Positions 38,315 to 47,360 of a DNA stretch of 64,000 nt are shown here, piece after piece (position 1 is the first letter of the stretch; the number at the start of each line of letters is the position of its first letter). The notes below the pieces were generated by a model. That model saw only the letters and a list, made by a program, of their open reading frames with translations. It had not been told where the DNA came from and searched no databases. The DNA is from Dehalococcoidia bacterium (lineage in GTDB: Bacteria > Chloroflexota > Dehalococcoidia > UBA2979), in NCBI GenBank assembly GCA_963667465.2, contig CAXXDN010000001.1, forward strand, positions 704,001 through 768,000. Direction: 5' to 3'. The translations under genes were made by a program, and so were the position numbers.

Positions 38315-39655
38315 CTAGAGCCCGAGCGAGGGCTGGCGAGGGGACGCCGGCTCGTCGGACTCGGAGGTCGCGGCGCTGGCGGCGCCGTCCTCGTCCGCTG
38401 GCCCGTCGAACTCGGAGGTTGCGGCGGGGGCTGTGGCGGCGTCGTCCGCTGGCCCGTCGGACTCGGAGGTTGCGGCGGGGGCTGTGGCGGCGTCGTCTGC
38501 TGGCCCGTCGAACTCGGAGGTTGCGGCGGGGGCTGTGGCGGCGTCGTCTGCTGGCCCGTCGAACTCGGAGGTTGCGGCGGGGGCTGTGGCGGCGTCGTCT
38601 GCTGGCCCGTCGAGGTCCGAGGTTGCGGCGGGGGCTGTGGCGGCGTCGTCCGCTGGCCCGTCGGACTCGGAGGTTGCGGCGGGGGCGGCGCCGTCCTCGT
38701 CCGCTGGCCCGTCGAACTCCGAGATTGCGGCGGGGGCTGTGGCGGCGTCGTCCGCTGGCCCGTCGGACTCGGAGGTTGCGGCGGGGGCTGTGGCGGCGTC
38801 GTCTGCTGGCCCGTCGAACTCGGAGGTTGCGGCGGGGGCTGTGGCGGCGTCGTCCGCTGGCCCGTCGAACTCGGAGGTTGCGGCGGGGGCTGTGGCGGCG
38901 TCGTCTGCTGGCCCGTCGAGGTCCGAGGTTGCGGCGGGAGCTGTGGCGTCGTCGTCCGGCCGGGGGGCTGTCGCCTCCCCGTCCGGCGGCTCGTCGGACT
39001 CGGACGTCGCGCCGTCCCCGGGTGGCTCCGCGCCGCCCTCCGCCGCGGTCTGCCCGTCGAGCAGCCCTGCCTGCTCCGCGGGTGGGGCAACGCCGAGGCG
39101 CTCGGCGAACTCGTCGAGGCCGGGCAGCTCCGAGGCGCGCAGCAGTCCGAAGTGCTCGAGGAAGCGCTGCGTCGTGCCATAGAGCGAGGGGCGGCCGGGA
39201 CCGGCGGCGCGCCCGACGCGCTCGATCAGCCCGCGCGCGCGCAGCGTGGCCAGCACGTGGTCGCTGCTGGTCCCGCGGATCGCCTCGATCGCGGCGCGCG
39301 TGACCGGCTGGCGGTAGGCGATCACGGCGAGCGTCTCCAGCGCTGCTGTCGACAGCCGCCGCGCCGACTCCAGCCCGAGGAATTGCTCGACCAGCTCGGC
39401 GGCCTCCGGCGCGGTGACCAGCTGCACGCCCTCCGGACCGCGCTGCAGCTGCATACCGTGCCCCTCCAGCGCGCCCTCGAGGGCGTCGAGGGTGAGCTCG
39501 ATGCGGCGCGGGGTGACGTCCAGCGTGCGCGCGAGCGCGCCGGGCGCAACCGGGCCGTCGGAGACGAAGAGCAGCGCCTCGACGAGCGCGCGCAGCTGCG
39601 CGGGCTCGGGCGTGGCAGCCCGGGTGGTGGGTTCGGCGGCCGGTTCGTCAGCCAT
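38315..39655 (-). CDS. scpB: SMC partner ScpB with long acidic repeat tail
   Basis: VEALLFV, LSTAALETLAVIAYRQPVTR..IEAIRG, GRPSLYGTT..FL..FGL. Confidence 0.92.
   Translation of the reverse strand: MADEPAAEPTTRAATPEPAQLRALVEALLFVSDGPVAPGALARTLDVTPRRIELTLDALEGALEGHGMQLQRGPEGVQLVTAPEAAELVEQFLGLESARRLSTAALETLAVIAYRQPVTRAAIEAIRGTSSDHVLATLRARGLIERVGRAAGPGRPSLYGTTQRFLEHFGLLRASELPGLDEFAERLGVAPPAEQAGLLDGQTAAEGGAEPPGDGATSESDEPPDGEATAPRPDDDATAPAATSDLDGPADDAATAPAATSEFDGPADDAATAPAATSEFDGPADDAATAPAATSESDGPADDAATAPAAISEFDGPADEDGAAPAATSESDGPADDAATAPAATSDLDGPADDAATAPAATSEFDGPADDAATAPAATSEFDGPADDAATAPAATSESDGPADDAATAPAATSEFDGPADEDGAASAATSESDEPASPRQPSLGL
38345..38938 (-). repeat. Coding tandem repeat, 51 bp (17 aa) x 11 plus a partial unit
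   Basis: PAATSE(F/S)DGPADDAATA units within scpB. Confidence 0.95.
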
Positions 39656-39727
39656 CGCGGTCCCGATCGGACGGCGGGGAGAGGCCTGCGGCAGGCGGAC
39701 TACCGCCTCCGGCGTACGATGCCCCGG

Positions 39728-40561
39728 ATGATCGTCGATGTCCATAGCCACGTCTTCCCGCCGGCGCTGATCGCGCGCCGCGAGGAGCTCGCGCGCGCCG
39801 ACGCCGGCTTCGCCGCGCTCTACGGCGACGCCCGCGCGCGCATGGCGAGCGCCCCCGAGCTGCTGGCCTCGATGGAGGGCGCGGGCGTGGACCGCGCGGT
39901 CGCCGCCGGCTTTTGGTGGCGTGATCGCGGACACGCTGAGGAGCACGCGGAGTACCTGCTCAACGCCGCGGCGCAGCCAGCGGGATCGTTGCTGCCCTTC
40001 GTGCCGATCGCCTTCGAGGATGGCGGGGCGCGGGAGCGGGCGCGCGACTATGCCGCGGCCGGCGCGTGCGGCCTTGGCGAGGTGCGCCCCGGCGAGCGCG
40101 ACGAGGACGAGGCGGCGGCCTGGCTGGCCGAGGTCACGGCGGGGCTGGAGCTGCCGCTGCTCGTGCACGCCTCGGAGCCCGTGGGGCATGGCTACGGCGG
40201 CAAGGGCGGGGGCTTCACGCCGGGCGGGCTGTGGCGGCTGCTCGAGGCGGGTCGGCTGCGCGTGATCGCGGGGCACTGGGGCGGCGGCTTCCCCTTCTTC
40301 GCGCTGATGCCGGAGGTGCGCGCGCTGCTCGCCGAGGGCCGGCTCGCCTTCGACTCGGCCGCCAGCACGCTGCTCTACGAGCCGCGCGTCTTCGAGGCGG
40401 TGGCGGAGTTGGCCGGCCCGGAGCTCGTGCTGTGGGGCTCCGACTACCCGCTGCGCGCGCAGGGCCGCGACCTCGCCGCGGCGCGAGCGGCCGTCGCCGA
40501 CCCGGTGCTGCGCGAGGCGCTGCTCGGCGGCAACGCCGCGCGCTTCCTCGGGCTCTCCTGA
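39728..40561 (+). CDS. Amidohydrolase_2 family protein
   Basis: IVDVHSH, GLGE, LVHASEPVGH, GHWGGG, WGSDYP, GGNAARFL. Confidence 0.9.
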   Translation: MIVDVHSHVFPPALIARREELARADAGFAALYGDARARMASAPELLASMEGAGVDRAVAAGFWWRDRGHAEEHAEYLLNAAAQPAGSLLPFVPIAFEDGGARERARDYAAAGACGLGEVRPGERDEDEAAAWLAEVTAGLELPLLVHASEPVGHGYGGKGGGFTPGGLWRLLEAGRLRVIAGHWGGGFPFFALMPEVRALLAEGRLAFDSAASTLLYEPRVFEAVAELAGPELVLWGSDYPLRAQGRDLAAARAAVADPVLREALLGGNAARFLGLS

Positions 40562-40563
40562 GC

Positions 40564-41118
40564 GTGCGGCTCTTCCTCGCGATCGAGCCGCCCGAGGCGT
40601 GGCGGCGCGCCGCCGCCGCGGCGCTCGCGACGATCGACGGGCAGCACCCCGGCCTGCTGCGCCCGGTGCGGCCGGAGCTGCTGCACCTCACGCTGCGCTT
40701 CCTCGGCGAGGTCGAAGCGGAGCGGCTGGAGCCGCTGCAGGCGGCGCTGCGCGAGACCGTGCCGCCTGTCGAGGTCCCGCTCGAGCTCGGCGCGGCCGGG
40801 CTGTTCGGCGGGTCACGAGGCGGGGCGGTGTGGCTCGGCGTGGGCGGGGACCGCGAGGGCCTGCGCGCGCTGGCCGCGCGCGCGGAGGACGCGGTCGTTG
40901 CCGCCGGGCTGCCGGAGGAGCGCCGTGAGCTGGGTCCGCACCTCACGATCGCGCGTGTACGGAGGCAGCCGCGGGGGCCCGAGCGGCGCGCGATCGCCGC
41001 CTCGGTGCGCGCGCTCGCGGCGCCCGATGGCTCGCCGTTCGTCGCGCGGGAGCTGGTGCTGGTGCGCTCCTGGCTGCGGCCGGAGGGTCCGCGCTACCGC
41101 GCGCTGGCGCGGTTCTGA
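40564..41118 (+). CDS. thpR: RNA 2',3'-cyclic phosphodiesterase (2H family)
   Basis: RLFLAI, HLTLRFLG, PHLTIAR. Confidence 0.92.
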   Translation: MRLFLAIEPPEAWRRAAAAALATIDGQHPGLLRPVRPELLHLTLRFLGEVEAERLEPLQAALRETVPPVEVPLELGAAGLFGGSRGGAVWLGVGGDREGLRALAARAEDAVVAAGLPEERRELGPHLTIARVRRQPRGPERRAIAASVRALAAPDGSPFVARELVLVRSWLRPEGPRYRALARF

Positions 41119-41779
41119 GGGCGTCCGGCTCGGCCTGCGAGGGTTGCCGCCCCGTCAGTCCCTGAGCCGGGCAGTGAGCGCGGAGCCGCGCAGATCGCGG
41201 TCCGGCGGTGGTAGCGGCGGACCGGCGTGCACGGGCGCGCCCGGGAGCCAGATCGTGCACTCGCTGTCCCACGACCACAGCATCGAAGCGCCGGCCACCG
41301 AGCGGTGGCGAACGAACGGCGTGGTCAAGAGCGCCATGAACGTCAGGTGGACGCCGTGCCACCGCGCGGCGACCCGCGTCCAGTCGGGCACGAGCGTTCC
41401 GGCGCCCGCCGGACTGGTGCGATCCTCGTTGACCCGCGCGTAGCTGACGCACAGGTCGTGCCAGTCGGACGGGCCGGTGATCTCGATCACGCGCGAGGCC
41501 TCGCCGAGCCTGGCTTCGAACCGGCGGTGCGGCGATCCCTCCGCCCAGTCGCCGACACCCGTTGCGATCACCGTGTCCAGGCACGAGGAGCCCCCGCGCA
41601 GCGTCGAGGTGATCCGCCACCCCAGCGGACGCTGGGCGTAGTTCTCCCAGCGCGCATCCGACGCCGGCGAAGCGTGGCGCGGCGAGACCCGGTCGAGTCC
41701 CTCGCCGACGACCAGCCCCTGCGGGGCATCACATCACATCCGGGGCATCAAGAGTACCGCGCGCTGGCGCGGTTCTGAG
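41095..41779 (+). repeat. 25-bp perfect direct repeat (41095-41119 and 41755-41779) duplicating the thpR 3' end
   Basis: TACCGCGCGCTGGCGCGGTTCTGAG at both positions. Confidence 0.9.
41155..41733 (-). pseudogene. Probably 5'-truncated hypothetical gene between the direct repeats
   Basis: Frame is open from 41733 with no start until an internal GTG at 41571; WENYAQRP..W.ITST, EITGPSDWHDLC, PDW..VA..W.GVHLT, WDSECTIW. Confidence 0.55.
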
Positions 41780-41799
41780 CGTGTCCGGCGGCGGGGCGG

Positions 41800-41829
41800 T
41801 TGACTCGCAAGCGGGAGTGATTCTAGGCT
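41800..41829 (+). promoter_or_regulatory. Putative sigma70 promoter
   Basis: TTGACT-N18-TAGGCT upstream of the SWIM gene/rdgB/moaAC run. Confidence 0.55.
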
Positions 41830-41926
41830 CGCAGCGATGGGTGAGCATGCCGACGGAAACCCCTCAACGCGCCGCGGCCGGTCCGCGGCGTTCGCGCGTC
41901 AGACGCCCCGCGAAGAAGGAACGCAC

Positions 41927-42184
41927 ATGGAATCCGGGATGATCGGGAAGGTCGCAAAGGCGCACCGCTACGCCCGTGAGCGGGATCGCCTCCATGTCAC
42001 GCAGCTCACGGTCTCCGTGACCGGGGAAAACAGCACCCACGAGGTGACCCTCGACCACGGCCGCTGGCAATGCAGCTGCGACTTTTTCGTCCATCGCCGG
42101 GCCTGCGCCCACACCATGACCATCGAGCTCGTACTCGAGGGCGCCCTGCTGGAGCCCGAGACTGAGGCCGACGCCGTCGCCTGA
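41927..42184 (+). CDS. Small SWIM-type zinc-finger protein
   Basis: WQCSCDFF....ACAH (CxC...CxH); AAGGA RBS. Confidence 0.75.
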   Translation: MESGMIGKVAKAHRYARERDRLHVTQLTVSVTGENSTHEVTLDHGRWQCSCDFFVHRRACAHTMTIELVLEGALLEPETEADAVA

Positions 42185-42202
42185 GTTGCCGCGCTTCTGC
42201 GT

Positions 42203-42240
42203 CCCCTCTCCCCGGGCGGGAGAGGGTTGGGGTGAGGGGG
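42203..42240 (-). repeat. REP-like palindrome
   Basis: CCCCTCTCCCCGGGCGGGAGAGGGTTGGGGTGAGGGGG. Confidence 0.8.
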
Positions 42241-42243
42241 TCC

Positions 42244-42867
42244 ATGCCCAACCTGCCCCGCCTGCTGATCGCCACCGGAAACGCCGGCAAGGCCGCCGAG
42301 TTCGAGCTGCTGCTCGCCGGCAGCGGCTGGGAGCCTGTCACCCCGGCCGCGATCGGTCTCGCTCCTGTCGCCATCGTCGAGACGGGGCGCTCCTACCTGG
42401 AGAACGCCGTCACCAAGGCGGTTCGCCACGCCGAGGCGTCCGGGCTGCCCTCGCTCGGCGACGACTCCGGGCTGGAGGTCGACGCGCTCGAGGGGCGGCC
42501 GGGCGTGCTCTCGGCGCGCTACGGCGGCTCGCGCGCTCCCGGCGCTCGCGAGCGCAACGCGCTGCTGCTCGAGGCGCTGCGGGGCGTGCCGCCGGGGCGT
42601 CGCGGCGCGCGCTTCCGCGCCGTCGTCGCCCTCGCGCTGCCGGGCGGGCGCAGCTGGGTGCGCGAAGGCGCCGTCGAGGGCCGCATTGCTGAAGCGCCGC
42701 GTGGCGCCGAGGGGTTTGGCTACGACCCGCTGTTCGAGCTGCCGGACGGCCGCACGATGGCCGAGCTGGGCGAGGCGAAGCACGACTTCAGCCATCGCGC
42801 CCGCGCCGTGCGCGCCCTGTTCCCGCTGCTACAACGCCTGGGCGCCGAACGCTCGGAGAGAAGGTAG
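42244..42867 (+). CDS. rdgB: Non-canonical purine NTP pyrophosphatase (RdgB/HAM1)
   Basis: ATGNAGK, ENA..KA, DDSGLEVDAL.GRPGV.SARY, GFGYDP, SHR. Confidence 0.95.
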   Translation: MPNLPRLLIATGNAGKAAEFELLLAGSGWEPVTPAAIGLAPVAIVETGRSYLENAVTKAVRHAEASGLPSLGDDSGLEVDALEGRPGVLSARYGGSRAPGARERNALLLEALRGVPPGRRGARFRAVVALALPGGRSWVREGAVEGRIAEAPRGAEGFGYDPLFELPDGRTMAELGEAKHDFSHRARAVRALFPLLQRLGAERSERR

Positions 42868-42922
42868 GCCCTGCCACGCCGCGACCGCCCGCGTGCGATA
42901 CTGACAGGCCGAAGGAGTCCGC

Positions 42923-43996
42923 ATGAGTGCCGCCCAGCCCTCCGCCGCCCAGACTCCCGCCGCCCAGACTCCCGCCGAGGACCGCGGCGGAGCACTCGCC
43001 GATCGCTTCGGGCGGCCGCTGCGCGACCTGCGGATCTCGGTCACCGACCGCTGCAACTTCCGCTGCCGCTACTGCATGCCGCGCGAGGTCTTCGGGGCCG
43101 ACTTCGAGTTCCTGCCGCGCGACGAGATCCTGACATTCGAGGAGATCGCGCGCCTCGCGGGCATCGCCGCGCAGCTCGGTGTGCGCAAGATCCGGCTGAC
43201 CGGCGGCGAGCCGACGCTGCGCGCGGACCTGCCGGGGCTGGTGCGCCTGCTCAGGGAGGCCGCGCCTGCCGTCGAGCTGGCGATGACCACCAACGGCTCG
43301 CGCCTGACCACGCTCGCCGGCCCGCTCGCCGCGGCCGGCCTCGACCGCGTCACGGTCTCCCTCGACACCCTCGACGACGCCATCTTCCGCGCGATGAACG
43401 ACGCCGACTTCCCGGTGGCGCTGGTGCTCGAAGGCATCGAGGCCGCCGCCGCGGCCGGGCTCGCGCCGGTCAAGGTCAACGCCGTCGTCAAGCGCGGCGT
43501 CAACGACGCGGGCGTCGTCGAGCTTGCGCGGAACCTCAGGGGCGCGGGCGCGGTGCTGCGCTTCATCGAGTACATGGACGTCGGCGTCACCAACGGCTGG
43601 CGACTCGACGATGTCGTGCCGGCGCGCGAGCTGGTCGAGCGCATCGACGCCGAGCTGCCGATCGAGCCCGTCGAGGCGTCGTACCGCGGCGAGGTCGCGA
43701 AGCGCTGGCGCTACCGCGACGGTGCGGGCGAGATCGGCTTCATCACCTCGGTTTCCGCACCGTTCTGCGGCGACTGCACGCGCGCGCGCATCTCCGCCGA
43801 CGGCAGCCTCTACACCTGCCTCTTCGCCGTCGCCGGCACGGACCTGCGCGCACCGCTGCGCGAGGGCGCCGATGACGCCGCGCTGGCGGCGCTGCTGACG
43901 GGCGTCTGGCGCGAGCGCGAGGACCGCTACTCGGAGATCCGCTCCGCGGACACCGGGGAGATCCCGCGCATCGAGATGTCGTACATCGGTGGCTGA
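42923..43996 (+). CDS. moaA: GTP 3',8-cyclase MoaA
   Basis: [25 protein letters not shown]-terminal MSYIGG. Confidence 0.97.
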   Translation: MSAAQPSAAQTPAAQTPAEDRGGALADRFGRPLRDLRISVTDRCNFRCRYCMPREVFGADFEFLPRDEILTFEEIARLAGIAAQLGVRKIRLTGGEPTLRADLPGLVRLLREAAPAVELAMTTNGSRLTTLAGPLAAAGLDRVTVSLDTLDDAIFRAMNDADFPVALVLEGIEAAAAAGLAPVKVNAVVKRGVNDAGVVELARNLRGAGAVLRFIEYMDVGVTNGWRLDDVVPARELVERIDAELPIEPVEASYRGEVAKRWRYRDGAGEIGFITSVSAPFCGDCTRARISADGSLYTCLFAVAGTDLRAPLREGADDAALAALLTGVWREREDRYSEIRSADTGEIPRIEMSYIGG

Positions 43997-43998
43997 CG

Positions 43999-44499
43999 GT
44001 GGTTGAGTCCGCGGCCGACGACCGCACGCTGTCCCACCTCGACGAGCGCGGCCACTCGCGGATGGTCGACGTCTCGGACAAGGACGTGACGCGGCGCGAG
44101 GCGACGGCACGCGGGCGTGTCGCGATGAGCGCCGGGACGCTGTCCCTCATCGGCGAGGGGGCACTGCCCAAGGGCGACGTGCTGGCAGCCGCGCGCCTCG
44201 CCGGGATCATGGCCGCCAAGCGCACGCCCGACCTGATCCCGCTCTGCCACCCGCTGCCGATCAGCGGCGTGGAGGTGCGGCTCTGCCTCGACCCCGAGGA
44301 TCCCGCGGTCGAGATCGAGGCGACCGTACGCACCAGCGCGCAGACCGGCGTGGAGATGGAGGCGCTGACCGCTGTCTCCGTCGCCGCGCTCACGATCTAC
44401 GACATGTGTAAAGCCGTACAGCGCGACATGCGCATCGAGGCGGTCCGCCTCGTCGCCAAGTCCGGCGGCCGCTCCGGCGACTACCGCGCGGAGTCGTAG
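43999..44499 (+). CDS. moaC: cPMP synthase MoaC
   Basis: [34 protein letters not shown]. Confidence 0.97.
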   Translation: MVESAADDRTLSHLDERGHSRMVDVSDKDVTRREATARGRVAMSAGTLSLIGEGALPKGDVLAAARLAGIMAAKRTPDLIPLCHPLPISGVEVRLCLDPEDPAVEIEATVRTSAQTGVEMEALTAVSVAALTIYDMCKAVQRDMRIEAVRLVAKSGGRSGDYRAES

Positions 44500-44542
44500 C
44501 CGCCGCCCCACGCGATCCGGCCGCGGTCCGGCCTCAATCCGG

Positions 44543-44580
44543 CCCCCTCTCCTGGGGGAGAGAGGGTGGGGGTGAGGGGG
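44543..44580 (-). repeat. REP-like palindrome (intact copy near the IS110)
   Basis: CCCCCTCTCCTGGGGGAGAGAGGGTGGGGGTGAGGGGG. Confidence 0.8.
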
Positions 44581-44627
44581 AGAAGCCACGGGTGGCGCGA
44601 CTTCCCGAGGACGCACCTCGGCTTGTC

Positions 44628-44737
44628 GTGGGGGGCGCAGCCCCCCACACCCCCACCCCGGACGAGCACGCTGCGCGGCTCGGGCCCACCCACCCGCCCT
44701 CGGAGTTTCTTTCTGTGGGGGCGCAGCCCCCACGCCC
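44628..44737 (+). repeat. About 110-bp dispersed element bounded by GGGGGCGCAGCCCCC hairpins, copy A
   Basis: Aligns with the reverse complement of 61006-61115. Confidence 0.8.
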
Positions 44738-44809
44738 TCCTCGGAGGTTTCGGGGGCGCATCGTCCGGCCCCCTCTCCTGGGGGAGAGACACCCCAGGGT
44801 GCTAAGGCG

Positions 44810-46033
44810 TCAAGCGGCGAGCTGTTCGCGGTCGTGGCGGTGCGCCCAGGCGGTGGCCTCGTCGTAGGGGCGACGTGCCTTCAGGCAGCCGTGGAGGTAG
44901 CCGACGAGGCGGTTGCCGAGAGCGCGCAGCGCCTGGTGGTGGAGGTCGCCCGCGGCGCGGCGGCGGTGGTAGAAGTCATGGCAGCCGGGGCTCGCCTGCA
45001 GCGAGCAGAGCGCCCAGCGGTCCACGGCGTCGGCGAGCCGGCGGTTGCGCACGAAGCGGGCGCGCACGCTGCGCTTGCGGCCCGATGCTACGGTGAGCGG
45101 CGAGGTGCCGGCGTAGTTCCTGCGGGACTTCGCCGACTCGTAGCGTTCGGGGTCGTCCCCGAACTCGCCGAGCACCCGGGCGCCGAGCACGACACCGAGA
45201 CCGGGCAGGGAACGGTAGATTGCGGCGTCCGGGTGCTGCTCAAAATGGCTCGTGAGCGCGGCCTCGAGCTCCGTAAGCTGACGGTTGATCTCGCTGATCT
45301 GCGCGACCGCCGCGCGGGTGCTCGCGGCGAACGCCCGGCTCACGGCAGGCGGCGCCTCGAGTTGCGGGGAGCGCAGCGCGTCGCGCACCGCGGCGGCGCG
45401 CCGCTCGAGGTTGCGCTGACGTCCGCCGCGGCGCAGCGCCGAGCGGATCTTCGACGTGCTCAGGCGCGCCGCCTCGCGCGGCTCGCTCGCCCGCGCCAGC
45501 ACGCCCAGGGCGTCGCCGTGCGCGAGGCTGGGGAAGGCCTGCAGGGCAGCCGGGAAATACTCCCTGAGGGCGTTGCGCAGCCGGTTGGTCTGGCGCACGC
45601 GGTCCCAGATCAGCTGCTGGTGGGCGCGGGCGAGGATGCGCACCGCGGCAGCCTCGTCGCTGTCGCCGGCCAGCGGACGGTGGTTGTGGCGGTCGGTGCG
45701 CACGAGGTCGGCGAGCAGCTTCGCGTCGGCGGCGTCGGACTTGGCGCCGCCCAGGTGGTGACGCTCACGGTAGCGCGCCGCCGAGCGGGGGTTGATCGCG
45801 TAGACGCGGTAGCCGGCCGCGAGCAGGGCCGTGACCCAGGGTCCGCGGTCGGTCTCGATGCCGACCACGACCGCGCCCGGGTCTGAGGCGTGCTCGGCAA
45901 CCAGTTCGTGCAGCACGGCGACGCCCGCGACGCCCTCGGGCAGCCGCCTGGCGGCGAGCCGTTCGCCGGCCTCGTTCATGAGCTGGACATCGTGGTGGTC
46001 TTCGGACCAGTCGTCACCGACGTAGAGGGTCAT
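44810..46033 (-). CDS. IS110 DEDD recombinase/transposase
   Basis: YVGDDWS, VGIE, KSDAADA (RuvC-like), SLPGLG, YAGTSPLTVASG (Tnp-domain Ser), ALRALGNR. Confidence 0.95.
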   Translation of the reverse strand: MTLYVGDDWSEDHHDVQLMNEAGERLAARRLPEGVAGVAVLHELVAEHASDPGAVVVGIETDRGPWVTALLAAGYRVYAINPRSAARYRERHHLGGAKSDAADAKLLADLVRTDRHNHRPLAGDSDEAAAVRILARAHQQLIWDRVRQTNRLRNALREYFPAALQAFPSLAHGDALGVLARASEPREAARLSTSKIRSALRRGGRQRNLERRAAAVRDALRSPQLEAPPAVSRAFAASTRAAVAQISEINRQLTELEAALTSHFEQHPDAAIYRSLPGLGVVLGARVLGEFGDDPERYESAKSRRNYAGTSPLTVASGRKRSVRARFVRNRRLADAVDRWALCSLQASPGCHDFYHRRRAAGDLHHQALRALGNRLVGYLHGCLKARRPYDEATAWAHRHDREQLAA

Positions 46034-46049
46034 CGTGCCTCGCTTTCCT

Positions 46050-46265
46050 GCGCTTCGTGCTGCTGTTTGCGACCTGCCGGGCTGGTCCTGCGACGGCCTA
46101 ATGGACCAGTGCTCTCGGGCACGACACCCCAGGAGTGCTGTGGACCACCCGGACGCACCAGCCGGGGCACGGTCTCTCCCTGGAGATCGCAGTGTCTCGG
46201 GGAGGGGCAGTGCTCACCGGCCGGCCGGTCCAAGACCAGTCTCCCAGATCGCTCCAGGGTCCGGT
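46050..46265 (-). ncRNA. Candidate IS110 bridge RNA (boundaries approximate)
   Basis: Target loop TGCCCCT (46209-46203) and GGGAGAG (46180-46174); donor loop CCTGGGGTGTC (46133-46123) and CCATTAG (46104-46098); these match the target and circle-junction sequences. Confidence 0.8.
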
Positions 46266-46445
46266 CGAACCCCATTAGGGGGGGGGTGAGGGGGCGCGCC
46301 CGGCGCTGCTCGCCGCTGCTCGCCGCAGCGATCGGTTGTTGCGCCCTCGCGGGTGCTCGCCCGGCGGGCGTCGGGAGTTGGTGCGCCCTCGATACTCCCG
46401 AGGGGGCGTGTGGGGGCGCAGCCCCCACACGCCGGACGCGCGCGG

Positions 46446-47273
46446 CTAGCGGGCGTGGTGGTCGGCGGGGCGGATCGAGCCGTCGTCGGCGGGGCTCGAG
46501 GACTCCAGGTAGCCCTGCACCAGCAGCGCGACGCGGCCGCGCTCGATCGCCGCGGCGGCGGGCAGCGGCTCGCCCTCGGCGTCCCCGGCGCCCGAAGCGG
46601 ACACGGCAGCGTGGGCGGCGAGCTGGGGCAGCGCCATGCGCGCGCGGCTGTCCCCCTCCATGCGCAGCAGCGGCTCGCAGATCGTCCAGGCGGCGCAGCC
46701 CTCGTGGCGGGCCGGGTCGATACTCGCGTAGGCGCACCAGTCGAGCGCGCGCTCGCGCACGTCGTAGTGCGAGAACAGCCGGTACTCGTGATCCCACCAG
46801 TCGCGCTCGAAGCAGGCGGGCGACCAGTCGATCGGCAGCGGGTTGTCCGAGCGCGCCTGCGGATCGAGCGCGATCAGCCAGAGCGAGACGGCGAGGGCGA
46901 GCGGCGTCTGGTGGTACGGTGCGCCGCCTTCGGTGGTCCAGGAGAGCGCGTGGGCGGCGGAAGAGGCCCGCGCGACGCGCTCGTCGATCACGAGCCCCGC
47001 CGCGATGAGCGTGCGCGTCACCAGCAGGTGGCCGAGGAAGCGCGCCTCGTCGTCGGAACGGCTCCGCTCGCCGCTCGGCAGCGTGACCGCTGCGTCCTCG
47101 TCCGGACCGAAGCAGGCGAAGGTGCTGGTCAGGCCGCAGTCGTGGCCGGGCGCGCCCGGCTGGCCCTGCGCGGCGAGGAGCGTGTCGAGGGCGCCCGGAT
47201 CGCCGACGGGCGCGCCGTCGCGCACTCCCGGCCAGAGCTGCAGGGCGAGGTCGAGGACTGGGCTCTCGGACAC
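46446..47273 (-). CDS. Hypothetical protein
   Basis: GC3-biased ORF (MSESPVLDLALQLWPG...), Trp/Cys/His-rich; no motif recognised. Confidence 0.65.
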   Translation of the reverse strand: MSESPVLDLALQLWPGVRDGAPVGDPGALDTLLAAQGQPGAPGHDCGLTSTFACFGPDEDAAVTLPSGERSRSDDEARFLGHLLVTRTLIAAGLVIDERVARASSAAHALSWTTEGGAPYHQTPLALAVSLWLIALDPQARSDNPLPIDWSPACFERDWWDHEYRLFSHYDVRERALDWCAYASIDPARHEGCAAWTICEPLLRMEGDSRARMALPQLAAHAAVSASGAGDAEGEPLPAAAAIERGRVALLVQGYLESSSPADDGSIRPADHHAR

Positions 47274-47360
47274 GCCTCGCACGCTACGAACGCACACCCT
47301 CGCGGTCAACCTCGCGGGCTCGCGTGGCCGCCCGATGGCAGGCCGCGTACGATCGGCCCG

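Larger units (their letters stand above)
44789..46278 (-). mobile_element. Complete IS110-family element (about 1490 bp) inserted at a CT core in a REP-like repeat
   Basis: Core AG (+ strand) at 44787-44788 and 46277-46278; removing the element restores GGGAGAG-GGGGGGGG-TGAGGGG, matching REP consensus length; no terminal IRs. Confidence 0.9.

Noticed and set aside
38345-38938. Possible CRISPR or non-coding array
   Set aside because: No unique spacers; the 51-bp units are in frame inside scpB
42868-42922. Moco riboswitch upstream of moaA
   Set aside because: Gap is only 55 nt with no recognisable motif
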